A DNA stretch of 64,000 nucleotides from NCBI RefSeq assembly GCF_963506605.1, contig NC_083278.1:39432001-39496000 (forward strand). The letters are read 5' to 3'. This stretch comes from Zootoca vivipara (taxonomy: Eukaryota). This document shows positions 38,101-53,100 of the stretch, in pieces (the stretch's first letter is position 1; each line of letters starts with the position of its first letter). The notes under the pieces are model-generated. The model was not told where the DNA came from, ran no database searches, and saw only the letters and a program-made list of their open reading frames with translations. The translations under genes were made by a program, and so were the position numbers.

Positions 38101-41100
38101 TAAAATGACATATAATCTTGCCTTACAATTCTTGGGGGGGAGGGGAAAGAAACCACTTTAAACAAGGATCAATCCTGTAGGGAACATGCATGTTAAAACA
38201 AGGCACTTGTGTCTGACAAGTCATTTTACAACTTCACCCCCATCACCTTATTTCTGTGCTTTTATATTGTAAACATATCACCATCTAAAATATTTCCTTC
38301 CTGCTTTTACAACCTTGCCTACTCAAAGGTCTCCTGTTCTAAACAAATCCCACTGCTACTTTTTATAACTAGAATTCTTTCCCAGGACACTGACATGGTG
38401 AGGATAACATCAAATCCTTCTCTAAAATACATCCTTTGCACAAATTCTTTCAGATTGACCACATGGTAGGTATGCGCAGGAATGCATTTACAACTTGTTA
38501 TCCCAGCCTTAGCCTCCCTTCACTTTGTCAACTTCTCCTCCGCCTCATCTAGATTTGGATTGTAAACAAATTAGGAGAAAGTTCTATATTTTTCAGAGTA
38601 TCTTAAACAGAGCACCATGTTCACCAAACCTAAGGGCACTAACAAATAGGTCCTCAATTCTTTGTTCTGAATTCTGACTTGCTTCCCTAAATCATCGAAC
38701 TTGATAATCTATCCCATCTTCAAAAAGCAGTTTAGAGAAGATGCACAGGAGCTCTTTGTAATGAGAAGTTGAGGGAAAAGCACGCACAGGGTGATCTTTT
38801 CCCTTTGGGACTCCTTCATGGCCAACTGTTTATCTGCTGCCCTACAAATAGTCTCAGCCACAGTGGGTTTGCCTCTGGAACTTGAGGTCAGAGATACTCT
38901 GCAGTCTCAATTTGCTGAATATATTTGGACAAACTGGAAGTGCAGTTAACTCACTACATCTTGCTTTAAAGAAGTTGAAATGCCTTGTGCAAATCACGTT
39001 GCTATGTTGAACACTGGTAAATCTACCAACAAAAACATTTAGGTCAAAACATATGTTTGAATGTATCTAAATGTTCCACGTTTTTAAACAGTATTATTAT
39101 CTTGCAAGAAGCAGTATGCAGTAACATTTAAACTTGAGGAATCCTACACTTGACATTTCCCCAACATTAAACCAAACACATCTGCATTAAAGACACACTA
39201 AAAATCTATTACCTTTTTGTCTTGGAGGAGATTTTGTTTTTAAAACTGGCTTTTTGATGTTTTCCTTTAATGTCTTCTTCTCATTAATTGTGGAAAAGTG
39301 CTTTAATGGAGAACTGGATCTTCCATATCCAGAACTCCTAACAGAGCTATGGGGTCCACTTAGAGATTTCTTTCTATGTACAGCAGCTGCATTTTTTGTA
39401 TTTCTGAATGTTACCTGTTTGTTCATAACCGAATTTAGACCTTCTTTAGTCCAAGTGCTGGACAGACGAGTCTAGAGACAACATTATATATTATTAAATC
39501 AACCAGCTTGGCTTTGAATGTAAGATAAAGTCAAGTGTTTACAATGAGGTTAACACAAGTCTCATACAGGGTGCCCACCTGTCAATCATCAGGCACCAGG
39601 TGACAGAACTTCAAAGGAAAGAATCTGCTTGAATTAAAGCCAGAATGCAAAGGATGAATTGGGAGCACACTTCTTCCTGTTAGCTACAGTTAGAACTTTC
39701 CCTGGTCATCAGGCCAGGCAAAGTAGGGCATGGTGTGCCCAAAACAACCTGGTGAGCAAACCTCTGAGGCCCGGCAGGTTTACTGAGACACAAGGGAACA
39801 GAGGTTGCACACCAATTATATATACCAGATTACATTTCAATGTGTTGTGCTGTTCAGCTCATGTGTAAAATATCCTATTAGCTCCCAAAGTCTTAAAAAT
39901 GAGAATAACCAGGAAACAAATTTGTGTGCCCATGGGGAGGGACCAGCTTCTGTGGCAGGGTGGAATAGCCTTCCTGGCACTGCCATCACTGCAGCTTACC
40001 TGGATGGGGTTGGGGTCAGAGGTCTGTTGGCCAATCCAGCACTACTGCCAGTGTGCCTAAGCAGCCCTGACCTTCCATTGCCCTGCTCTATCCAGGTAAA
40101 GTGCAGCGACACTGCTGTCAGAAGAGTGGCTCTTCCTCACCGCTACTGAGAGAGGTGAAGGCTGCATTCTTAAAACAATTTGCCTGGAAGTAAGTCCCAC
40201 TGAAATTTATCTAGCTTACCCGAGTAAACATGGGTAAGAGTGGGATGGAAAGAAGTCTGATTTAACAGGAATTGTTCACAAATGTTGATAATATTTTAAA
40301 GGTCTACTAAGACTTCTTCGGTACTCAGCTGCCTAGCCCTCAGCTGCTTAAGACACAGAAGTCAAGGCACCTTCTGTCTTCAAAGTTGCATAATCAGAGA
40401 AGATTAGCCAAGAGCATCAAGACAGGTGAGGCAGGAAGAGGTCAAGGAAGAAACTGCAACAGTGAAAAGGTTAGAGGAAAACAATGGGGAACAATACCAG
40501 GGATTCAACAACAGAGACCTTTATTAGCTGAGCCCAGTGTCTTGGACTTCTTTCTAGGGCAGTTAATTTAGGTAAAGGCTTATCTAGACTGGCCTTTGGC
40601 CTGGGAGTTGATTTGTGTTTCTGCTGCCTATTGTTGGTTTCAGCTGGCTGCAGCTTTTATCTGATTTTGTTTCCGATCATCACTATGTTTATCATCATCC
40701 TCTTATTGCAACTATATTATTGTTGTTAACCATCTTTGGTGCTTGGTGAAGGAAAGTGAGATAAAAATATTAAGGAAGAAATAACCGATCAATTAATCCT
40801 TGTAGCACCCAAGGGCCTAACTAGTGAATATTATGTACAATCTGCTTATTAAACAAACAAACAAATTTGATATTATGTGCATAGCTTATCTTTATACTTG
40901 CATAAATCTCTTTAAGACATTGAGATTCTGTTTACCTGGTTAGTCTTTTTGTCTTGATGCAATACTGAAGAACTTGGGAGACTATTTTGCCTCAACACAC
41001 CTTGTTTAAGTGTATCAATCAGTTTGTCTTTGCCAGTTCTTTGTTGAGGAATCAGTTCACCATCTTCCTTTGCAACAGCTTGAACAAAAACATTCTCTTG

Positions 41101-44100
41101 TCCACTATGCTGCTCCAATGAACAGCCAATGTTTTGCTTTTCCTGAGCAGCAGCATTCTGCTGCTCTTTCAGTATTAAATGGCTCATTAATTCATCAGTG
41201 CTGTTGTGTGTTGCTTTCACAGGACTACAGAAAAAGAGTGAAGAAAGCACAATCCAAAGATTATATGCATTAGGTTTTAGTTTACACATTATTGTTACGT
41301 GGCTGTTAATGGGATACATTAAGACATATGGCCTGATCCTGCAGGATGGGATTTAAGCAGTCATGGAAGAAACTGTGGTTGCTGCAGGAGCTAAAAAGCA
41401 GCACCTTATATGAGGTTGAGTGGAAAAGACACAGCTTGGTATTCCCAGTCTTCTTTAACAGCATTTGCAGGTAGGGCTGGGAATGTCCCTGCCTGAAACC
41501 CTTGACAGACGCAGCCAATGAATGTAGACAATACTGAGGTAGGTGGACCAATGGCCTGACTTAACATAGACAGCTTTCTATGTTAGAAAAGACTAGGGTT
41601 GGCTCCTACAGCTGGTGCAAAGAGAAGAGCTGTTCACTTATGCTGGAAACTGTGCCCAGTCACAGCACTTGTTCTCTTAGTTTAGCATTCTGCAGGACTG
41701 AACCATTAGAATCTATTTCAGGTGCACAACAGCATGCCAGCTTCAAAGTTAAGCCAATAACTGTATTAAGTGAGCACTGGCAGTAGGGGACTAATCTCAG
41801 GATTAGGTTTTAAGGATTGATCTGTCTCAACTGCAAAGCACAAACTACAAGCTAAGGCAAACTCCCAAATCCTTTGGACAGAGCTTGAAGAAGGGGGAGG
41901 GATCAAAGAACAAGACAGAAAGAAAGGACATTAATTGGCATAAACTGTATTTTCTAGAATGAATACCTTGCAGGATCCCTGGTAAAATCTGAATCTGCTC
42001 TGATAGGTTTCATCAGTTCTTCTATGGTGGGGAGATCTAAGTAGATGAAACGACAACATTCTAGATCAACAAATGGTAACGAAATAGTTTCAAATGAAAC
42101 TCATCCACAGATCCTGTGTTCATGTATATGCATGTGCACATCCATCCTGTTATATGTAGTCTGATATCTCCTGTCTATGGCATAACATTCATTTTGTAAC
42201 AGCACCAATCCTTTTGAGATCTAATTCATAACCTCCCCAGACTATTTACAAACCAATTAATCTTCACTTTTATGTATGTGTTTAGTAACTGTCTTACATT
42301 TTGGTCAGGTCTCCTGTATATGCAATCTTTTTTAGTGAGTGAACACAGTTTGTGTGACTCCTGGGTCAACTTTCACATTACTAAATGAACACACTCAAAC
42401 GGTATCTGATTAAGGACCTACCACTCTAAAAATGCGCAACTAAATCGTCAGTGCTTCAAAATTTACTGTCATGCTGTGCTAGTATCTAAGCAGGTAGCAA
42501 AGACACAGATAAATAATAATTCACTGGGCGGCAGCTTCAACAGCAAGCTGTTGAGGGTTAATGGGCTAACAGCCACTTATGAAGATGTGGAAGATGCTCC
42601 TCTTTATCTTGCCCTTTGACCATTAAAATATTGTTTTATGTTGTGCACTTCTTTTGCTGAATTTGTTCCATTTGGAACATTTTTATGTGCTTTTATGGCT
42701 GTAATGGATTTACTTGTTTTTATAACTGTATATCATCTTGCTACAACCTGCTCTGGGACCTTATGCTGAAGGGCAGGTAATAAATATTATCCATCAATCA
42801 ATAAAGGGAAAGAAGCCATTGTGAACAAAAGAATCAGCCACGAAGGATCTCCTTGGAAACCAAAACACTTTCCTCAAAGCTGAGGAAGACCTCATAAACA
42901 CCTAAGCAAGTGTGGGTTCCAGATGTAGCAGACAGCAGGATGAGTCATCATGGAATAAAAAGGGAGATTTTAAAAAATAAGGACTTTGCCACTCAGTCTG
43001 GCTCAGAAAGTGCTCAGAAAGTGCAGACAGACTTCATTAACAATTATGCTTGCCTTTGCAGCGGTGCACAGCCAATCTTTAACTACCATAAACTGTGGAT
43101 TGGTGCTAGTGCAACTGCAGCCTACTAAACAGAAGGATTGAGTGCTGGAGATGGGAAAACAGTGTCTCGAGAGGAAAGGTAAAATAACATGATTCCAAGA
43201 GAATTCAAGGACTCCATCCCTAAGCCACCAGTGTTGGTATAAGCTTCTGTTGGAAGCAATGATAAATCAGGAATCTTTTATGTGCATATGCCAAAATAAA
43301 GTTGTATTGGGAATTTTCAATATTTACCGGAATCAGTAGTGGAGGTATTTTTGGGACAGCCTTCTGTGTTTGGTGAAACATCTTTAGCCAAGTTCTCTTC
43401 TATTTTACCACCATGAATTCTTTGCTCATCAGAATCTCCTAAAGACTGCTCAATATGGCAGTAGGCCTGATGCAAAGCTTCAATATCACTATTAGTTTGT
43501 GCACCAGAAATACCTGAGGAGGGAGAGGTGAAAAAGTCAACCAAGATGAAGTGAGCTGAAATGTCAATAAAGCAATAGCAACGATAACCTAAGATACTAA
43601 CAGTACAATCATGTCCACTGAGAAACACTTTCTACTGAGTTCAGTGAGGCTTACTCCTTAGTAATGGCTAAGGGATTGCGGCATTAGGCTACAATCCTAT
43701 GCACACTTCCCCAAGAGTTCAGTAGGACTGACTTCCAAGGAAACAAGTTTAGGATTGCAGTGTTAGGCTGGAGTTCACAATAATTAAATATTGGTTGCCA
43801 CCAATGGCAAAAATATAAATTACATCCTTAGCCATTAAAACTCAATAACTAGTAAGAAAAAACAAAGCAAATCACTCCTAAATGTTTATTTCTTTCCCTT
43901 CTCCAATTCAGAACTAGATTTTCAAAACTTAGGAATTGCCTACATCTTTTACCTTGAGAAAACGTTAAGCAATGAAGACATAGCTATAGTTATGCACTTC
44001 TAAGTCTCTTCAATTTGAAATGCTTGATTCTTTCCTGTTGAAATCAATATGACTTCAAAGAGCTTAGCTTTGGCTGAATAAGGCTCTAAATGTTTACATG

Positions 44101-47100
44101 ATCAAAGGGCAATTGTGAAGCAGAGAGAGCTAGAACTGACCAAGACAGACTGCTCTTGCCTTACTTCTGTTTTCAGCATGGCTAACAGATGTGGAAAGAA
44201 GTAGTCAATAATGAAGAGGGTTTACCTGTTCCATTCATTTCATCGGCAGCGGTTTCTTGAGGTAGAGGGTGTTCTGTCACAGCTGCATCCTGCTGCTCAT
44301 CGATCTTTTGCATCTCCAGGGTTGAGTCTTGTGAATCGAGAAGGACAACTAAAGAGAAAACAGATAAGTTAGAGAACACTGACGTGCAACACAATTCTAT
44401 CTCCTATACCAGACAATATGAGGGTTACACAAGTCTAACCTTTGCTCTTCTGCCATTTCAGTACAATTTTTTAAAGTAGCCACCCCAGCAATCTCAGATG
44501 TCCCTAGCAGCTTCTAAAAAGCACATGAATAAGATATATAAGGCGGCAACCCAAACCTCTGGCTGGGAGCAACAGAGCTTGCCAGAGTGGCTTGGCTGCA
44601 TCCACAGCTCTGTCCCTTGTGCTAGCCCAGGCAAAAGATGGGTGGGGGAGCCTCTTTGCTGTGCCACCCCCAAGACTAGGCATGTTGCTATCCTGTGGTG
44701 GCAGGCCAATATATCCCCTCCATCCCTTCCTTATCCCTGAAATGCCTCATTTTGTTGGATTTCTGAGGTAGCGTCTGCCCACCTGCTATTTGGGTGGGTG
44801 CATTGGTGTGCTGGTGGGGCTCCCCTGCCAGTGGAGGCTTGGCAGCCAGGCAGGGCTAGGTGAAGGGGCACCTCCGTCCCCTCCCACATGGTGCACTGGG
44901 GGCTTGGATTGCTTTGCTTGATTAATAAGTGAGGCTAGGGTCATAGCCCAGAAGATGTTTCAAAAGTGGAGAAGGCATTCATGATAAACAGGGTGGAAGG
45001 GGGAAATTGATAACAGTTTTTTTATAGTAAACAATTCACTATAAAGGATTTTTGAAGTACAAACTCCAACTATGGCTCTTCACTATTGGACAATTGCTTC
45101 AAGCCCTGCCCAGATTTAGCTTGTTTCTCCCAAAGCAGGGTATAAATTTCATAGCTAAAGGTACAATTAGGCACCCTTTCTTGGACGAAAGTCACAATTG
45201 CTTCTGTGTAAAAAATGTATGAAGTTGGGTGCCACATTTCTCATAGTAAGACAGGTCTGAAAGACAGCAGTGCAAGGAAGTTTACCTGACCATGAACTGC
45301 AATAAAATATACATATATTTAACTTAACACAAATATATATTAATTATTTTACTGGGATTGTTTGGCTTATAAAATTATAGTTAAAGCCAACTTGGCACCC
45401 TCCTGTTATTCTGGATCACTCCTGACCATTGACGTTGCTAGCTGGAGCTGACAGGAGCTAAAGTCCAACAAAAAGTACAGGAGGCATCACGTTGCAGAAG
45501 GCTGGTTTAGATTATCCAACATAAACACAATTTACACATCTGAACTACTTCTCAAAATGATTCTCAAAACTCAAGAGCAATGCTTTGTGCTGGTTTCTGT
45601 CACTAATAATTTGATACCAGACCTTGCTCATGCCGTCCCAGATAAAAATGGGGATTAATAACAATAAATACTGATGACTCCACTGTTACTACATTAAGGG
45701 TGGAGATGGTTTTTGTTTATTCCTCCTTGCCTGTGTGTTTACTTTATTTTATCTAACAATAAATGACTGTAAGAAAACCTCTAAGCGGCAGAACCCTATA
45801 CTCCCTTCAAAGGTGCTCCAGAGATTTGGAAGAGCCCCTACAACAGCGGTTCTCAACCTGTGGGTCATGACCCATTTGGGAGTCGAACGACCCTTTCACA
45901 GGGGTCACCTAAGACCATCAGAAAACACATATTCCCGATGGTCTTAGGAACCGAGATACCGCTCCTCTATCCGTCTCCAGGCGGGTCCGCCTACATGCAG
46001 ACACGCTTGTCAGTGGCAGGAGCAGCATCCGGAACCCCAGGGAGAGACCTGCAAAGCATCCTGGGGGGGGGTGTAGTTCTTTCCACTAGAAAGGGGGGGG
46101 TGAGGGAGGGAAGGTGGTGGTAGCAGTAGCAGACAACGACGACGTTAAACAGGCGGGACAGATGCTGGTGGGCTGCTCAAAGTGCGGTGGCTTTGCTTAG
46201 GATCCCTTCTCCCACATTGCGGGTTCTCGCGGCCCCCGCCGTTTACAGCTTGCATGCAACTGTGATGATGTGGGAGAGGGGAGGGCTGGTGAACAGGGGG
46301 GGTGGGGGAAGGTTATGAGCTGCGAATTGCAAAGCGGCTGCGGGATCCTCAATAGGGGCCTGTGCGTGTGGGTGGAATGGAATACTTGGCGGGGCGTGAT
46401 GCCAGCTCTGCCCCTGGAACCAGGCATGATTCGAGGTAGATTTAGAAAAATTAAAACCAAAAATCCCCCTTTCCATTGCACCCGGCATGACTCAAACCAC
46501 TCCCCTCCCCGCAAAGAAAGAAAGAAAGAAAGATCAGCTGCAACTTCTCTCCTCCTCCCTTACCATGGTGCCTAATTTAAGGAAAGTTTGGTTTGATGGG
46601 CTCAGGAATATACAGTATTTTTAATAAAGAAAATAAATAAATAAAAACACTCCTGTGATTAATGAACTAGTTACTGTTTATGTGTCACCAGTGCCCTCTA
46701 ATGGTGGGAATTGGAAGTGCGACTCGTGTGCCTCAAGCCCATATAGAGCTCCCTTGCCTTGGCTCTGGAACAGGGAGCGCTCCACGCTGGCATTGTGGGG
46801 TAGGAGGGTTCCTCTGATGGCGGTGTAAACACCCACCCTCCTGTCGCCTCAGAAAAAGTGTTCAATTTGTAATAATGAAAATACACCCTGCATATCAGAT
46901 ATTTACATTACGATTCATAATAGCAGCAAAATTACAGTTATGAAGTAGCAACGAAAATAATTTTATGATTGGAGGTCACCACAACATGAGGAACTGTATT
47001 AAAGGGTCGCGGCATTAGGAAGGTTGAGAACCACTGCTCTAGAAAAATGTGAGAGGGGGACTGGTGAACATTTGACTTCTCCCTCCTCCTACTGGATCTC

Positions 47101-50100
47101 AGTCCCTTTTACAAATGGAAGGAGATATTCAGTTCTAGAGCTAACCTTCTGATTCCAAAAGGAAGCCAATAGTAGGCATCGATTTGGAATAAAAGGTTTC
47201 TGCAAAGCATCTCTAAAGCAAACGTCGCCAGCACAATCGGAGCTAACACTGAGGTCCATTTAAAAAGTATGGATAATTTCTGACTCTTTTCACCCAAAAT
47301 TGGGTACAGCAAAGCCAATCAAACATTCAAGCCCTGTGCCGTATTTTTAACACTTTTTCACATCTTGTGAATTATTTTGTACCTTCAGCCAGCATGCCAG
47401 TCTTTTCTTCCTAAAAAGTTAGAGAATACATATGATTATGCATGATGTGAAATATACATATTTTGAGTATCTTGAATGCTTTAGATGGTGAGCATATCAC
47501 TGCGATACAACTACAGTGTAGGGACATTCATCCTGCCTTTATTAAAATAATGAGGCACATATGTATGCATGGATTTCCATTTCTCTTCCTATCACATCCA
47601 TATCATGCAATTCACAAACCTTTATTCTATTTTGTGACTGAGAGTAATGCCTTGGCACTGTTAATGTCTTTTTGGCAACATGCCTTTTACCTTTTCTGGA
47701 TTGTAAAACCAAAGTTACAAATGGGATTGAATGGCCAGATATTAAATATTGCAGAGTCCACCTCTACCCTAAATAGAAAGCCTATCAACTAAATAGCATC
47801 CATTACATCTGGACTGGATGCGTTGTTGTTGTTGTCGTCATCATCATCATCATCATCTGCTACCCTACTACCAAAGAACCTAATGGGTCTTTAGTGTGCT
47901 GAATAGGATTGTACTGTGGATGCCTGCTAAGTTCTTCACTGGGTATAAGTGACACTAAAATCACAGGGCTGACTTACAAGTAATGTTCAAAACATGAAAT
48001 GGTTCTGCTTTTCCAAAATGCTTACTTTAGCTTCTGTCATAAGAACTTGCTCAGCTTTATTCTCTTCATTAGATTCTGAACCTTCTTCAAAATCTTCACT
48101 ATAATCACCTGGAATGTGTGTGACACAAGGCATACGGTTAATTCTTTGTAAGAAAATAGGACCAGCCATCCCCCTACATCTCTATATATCTCTTCCTTGG
48201 ATCATATCAAACGGCCAGGAAGAGATGGATACAAGAAACAGACTGGAACCCTTTTATTAGCAGATTTATTAATGAGTAAGCAGCTCAGCCCCCTCCTTCA
48301 GCAGAATGTGAACTGCACAAATTCAAGTATTAGACAAATGTTCTGGGGGTGGGGATAATCTCTCAACCCTCCTTCTAGCAGAAAAAACCTAGATGGCATG
48401 AAAAAGCCCAATACAGTGGTACCTCGGGTTACAAGCGCTTCAGGTTACAAACTCTGCTAACCCAGAAATAGTACCTCAGGTTAAGAACTTTGCTTCATGA
48501 TGAGAACAGAAATCGTGTTCTGGCGGTGCGGCGGCAGCAAGAGGCCCCATTAGCTAAAGTGGTGCTTCAGGTTAAGAACATTTTCAGGTTAAGAACTGGC
48601 CTCCAGAACGAATTAAGTTCTTAACCAGAGGTACCACTGTACTTAAACCCTCGTTCATTTGGAATGGAGTCCCTTCCAAAGTGCACACTGTGCTCTGCAA
48701 AAAAACTGATATTCTGCAGTAAGCACTGAAAAATGTTCTTCAGCATCCACCAGTTCTGTAAGATTTCCCACATGTACTGCTAGATCATAAGAACAACCTT
48801 CTTTGATCATATTAAAACTTTTATCTTGGGTTGGAAGACATCAAGCCTGAGAGAGGCCTTCCAGGTCTTTCTGGCTAGACTTTGGAATTTTTCCCCTAGG
48901 CTACGCCCCTCTCCAGGCCACACCCTGTTCTTCCCAGACCCCACCCCTCACCAGTTCTGCTCCATCCTATCCTTGAGTGCTTTTGCATGACTGGAGTGTA
49001 TCCCTGAACTGTGATAATGCCATTTGCTTATCTGGAATAAGAGAGGTGTGCGTGTAGAACTTCTGAGTTGCAGGAATGTATCCTATGGCTCAAGGGTAAG
49101 AGTCATGTATGTTACTCCACTCACTTTTGTCTCTGGCTCCACCCATGAGGCCCCTAGAAAGTTGTTCATGAGACAATGTGGCCCTCAGGCTGAGAAAGTC
49201 CCCACCCCCACCCCAATATCTGTTTCAGCACTCTGTTACCCATGGCGGACAGCACGGGTAACCACAGCTTTATTGGCTCTGAATATGGACGCTCCACTTT
49301 AGGCTATCATAACCTGACCTGCATGGATTTATTAGAATTACTTAGTTTAAAACAACATGGATCATTCACTTCATAAGTCAAATTATTGTCCCAAAAATGC
49401 TGTCTATAAAGCAAATGATATGAAAACACTGAAGTACAGTTACCGGATTTTTCATGGTTCCTTGGTTCATCTTCATTGCCTTCTTCTACCTGTTTGGCTT
49501 CAGAGTGATTTCTGCAAAATATGACAGTATTACTTCTAGAAAAATGTCTCTCACTCAGCAGTATTAGACAGACCAAATTTGTTTTCATGCTCATAGTTCA
49601 GACTGCTCTGCTGTTCTGGTAGTTAACAGCGTATCCTTCTAAAAATTAAAAAATATATCTAAACTATGCAAAATAGACAACTTTGCAAGTAGTACAGAAC
49701 TCTTGACACTAAGCCATGGTCTGTTTTAAACATTGGCTTAATAGCAAATGTGCCTCCCAGCCCTCCTGCTTCCATGTGCAGCACTATAGTATGTGCAGGC
49801 TATAGTATTGTTGTTGTTGTTGTTGTTGTTGTTGACTTACTGCTTGTTTGAAACAAAAAAAATATTATCTGGGTCCACGTGACATGACAAGCCACACTGT
49901 GGCTAATCTGCTGTGTGCAGAATCTGCAGGGGGGGAGTCATAAGAGAGGGCCAGGAGTACACTCACAATTAAGTCACATTTTAAAACAGGGATGAGGAAC
50001 CTGTGATCCTTCAGATGTTGTTGTACTACAACTCCCATCAACCCCAACTACTGCCCACATTGACTGGGGCAGATGGGAGTTGGAGTCCAGCAACTGCTGG

Positions 50101-53100
50101 AGGCCTGCAGGTTAGCCACAAATTCAACCAGAATCCTGAATATGGTGAGCCATAACATGAAGATTTAATTTTCAGAGTTCAAGGCAGATAATTGAGGTTT
50201 CATCATTAGAAAAACTGGGTATTATTATGCCCTGCTTAAGAAACTATTACTGAAAATATCACAGGAATGTTTAGAGTTCTGAATATTACTAGAACTATTA
50301 ATTTTTATTTTAACTTTACCGTAGAAATGCTCTTAATCCTTCAGAATCATTGGAATCCAGCTCCTTATTCAATCTAGAGTAGTCTATCGTAGATGATGCT
50401 CCTTTCTCAAGATCCGCAAAGAACTTCTCCTTTTCCTCTTGTTCTTCTAAAGTATCCAATCCGGCTCCCAAAAGGATCTCATGAGGCCCTGAAGCCACAA
50501 CTGAATCTAAATTTAAAAGCACCAGAATATAAATAAGTACAGTAATATCAATTTTCCTAAAAAGGTAATTGCAGGGGTAAATTGTCTAGTAACGTCCAGG
50601 CACTGCCTTTAGTGAGAAATGAAGAAAATACAGAGATAATGCCAAAAAATGTATGACTTGATCTTAAACAAGCCTATTCTAAAAATACCAAGTTTCATGA
50701 GCATTATACATTTATTGAGTGTTCATGAAACTGGCACTGAATGCTCACAAAACTCTGGTGTAGTTGTGTGTAACCTCATGGAAACCAATAGAGAAGATGT
50801 TCTGAATAGGAGAGCTGCACGTTTGCACCAGAGCTCCTATGGCTGGAACAGACTGAGGGACTGAAGTAATTTGTAATGAGAGCAATTCTGAGAACACTAA
50901 AGGACTGAACAGCACTATGCAACAGCAATTGATTGCAGCATCAATTTAGTGCCAGTGTAAACATAAGTTTCATATTATTTTAAGAGGGCCAGTTCATAGT
51001 CAACGTATCTACCTGTTTAAAAACACACAATACCACACATATAACTTAACAGTTATTTAATCAGCCAAATAAAGCTGAAGGGGGCTGGGGGAGAGGGAAG
51101 TTTGAGGTCTGAAGCAGTTTTACCATTAGTTTCCAGGCTATCTTTGCTTAAAGAAACCGAAACCCCACTAGGTTGCTGGAGCTGAATGCTTCCTGCGTGA
51201 TCTTCGTCTACTTCCATGATAGCATGAGAAAGCCTTCGCGACTTCAGAAAACTACAACTTGCGCTGCGTATTCCTTAAAACAAAAGGAGGAGGGGGAAGA
51301 AAAGTCTGACATAAAAATCCATGCTGGAACACAGTTTTGTTTTTGGAATTTATATAGGTTGCCCCACAACACTGATCTTTAGATGCCTTGCAAACATAAA
51401 ATAGATACCATAAAAAACAAACCGTAGCTTTAAAAACAACACGTCAGCAGGGATAGAGATAAACAACGCACAACACATGTAAACACTGGTTTACAATTAT
51501 GAAAAATCACATTGTTTCAGGCCTGAAAAAAATAAAAAAGGTGTTAGCAGGCACCGAAATGATCAAAAACAAAGTGCCAGCCAAGTCTCACCAGGGAGGT
51601 GGTTACATAGCTGCAGCTCAACTACTGAAAAGTCCCCTCCCTAGCAGCAGTGTCTCTGAAGCAGATCTCAAGATTTGGGGAGGGGTATGTGGGAGAAAGC
51701 AATCTTTATTTTGGAGGAGAAATAAAAGTGCACTGCATTACTAAGGTGTCAAAAATCCCTTCATTGGTCCATACAGTTTACAGACTGTATAGAAGAAGAA
51801 GAAGAAGAAGAAGAAGAAGAAGAAGAAGAAGAAGAAGAAGAAGAAGAAGAAGAAGAAGAAGAAGAAGAAGAGGAGGAGTTTGGATTTGATACCCCGCTTT
51901 ATCACTACCCTAAGGAGTCTCAAAGCGGCCAACAATTTCCTTTCCCTTCCTCCCCCACAACAAACACTCTGTGAGGTGAGTGAGGCTGAGAGACTTCAGA
52001 GAAGTGTGACTAGCCCAAGGTCACCCAGCAGCTGCATGTGGAGGAGCGGAGACATGAACCCGGTTCACCAGATTACGAGTCCACTGCTCCTAACCACTAC
52101 ACCACACTGGCTCTTCTTGTGGGCTGCAACTGGAAAAGATAATCAATACATCCCCAAGAGGCCCACATGGAAGCCCATTCTGCCAGTGCACAGGGCTCTC
52201 TCAATTCCAACTATGGATCTTTGCTTTCACAAGTCTATTTCACAATGCGCAATATCCTGGCAACTTCATTTTCTAGATTATTGCTAAAAATAACAGACAT
52301 TCACTCACGTAAATGCCTACCCCACTGGGTCCTACATTATATTTGATAACTAGGTTGGAAGTTCTATTAATAAATCATTGAAAGATTTATTTTAAAAAAA
52401 CCTAGGATATTTCATAAGTTAGACCAGTGGTCCCCAACAGGTGGTCCGGGGACCCCCAGGGGTCCGCGAGCTATGCCAGAGGGGTCCGCAAGATGCTATT
52501 AGAATAAAAAATATATTAAATATATTTCGTATGATAACAGATTTTTTGTTTTGGCCGCTTCCTGCATGAGCAGAGTCTAGCGCAAAACTAGAATTAGATA
52601 GAGGCAGTAGTTCTGCTGTATGCCGTTAGGTGGCGCTTTACAAACACCACTGTTTTGCAAAGAGGCAGCGTGCGCATTCTACTAACGCTCACCTCCCCAA
52701 GATGCTTTGCGCGTGTCGGCTTCATTTGTGCGCTACTGCGCAGGTACCCTGTCTTCTCCATTCCCCTCCCTCCTCCCTGGCGCGCACTGCCTCTTTGCAA
52801 AACAGTAGTGTTTGTAAACAAAGCGTTGTTTTTCGCGGAAGCTACAGTTCGCGTAGTTAAAAATGGACCGTTGGTTAAAAAGTGGTTCGTTAAAACGACA
52901 AAGGCCTACAGATGAAGAGGAAGAACTGTAAAAAACGTATAAATATAAAATATAAAAAGACTCTTAATTTGGCTCTCACTTTTTAATTTTAGGATTAGGA
53001 ATTAATGGGGGTCCTTGTCACAATAGCGGCTCGATGAGGGGTCCTCGAGAAAATTTTGTTGGGAACCCGTGAGTTAGACTGAATAACTGGATTCAAACAT

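Noticed and set aside
51650-51935. Poly-Arg and poly-Phe ORFs
   Set aside because: Translations of the (AGA)n microsatellite.
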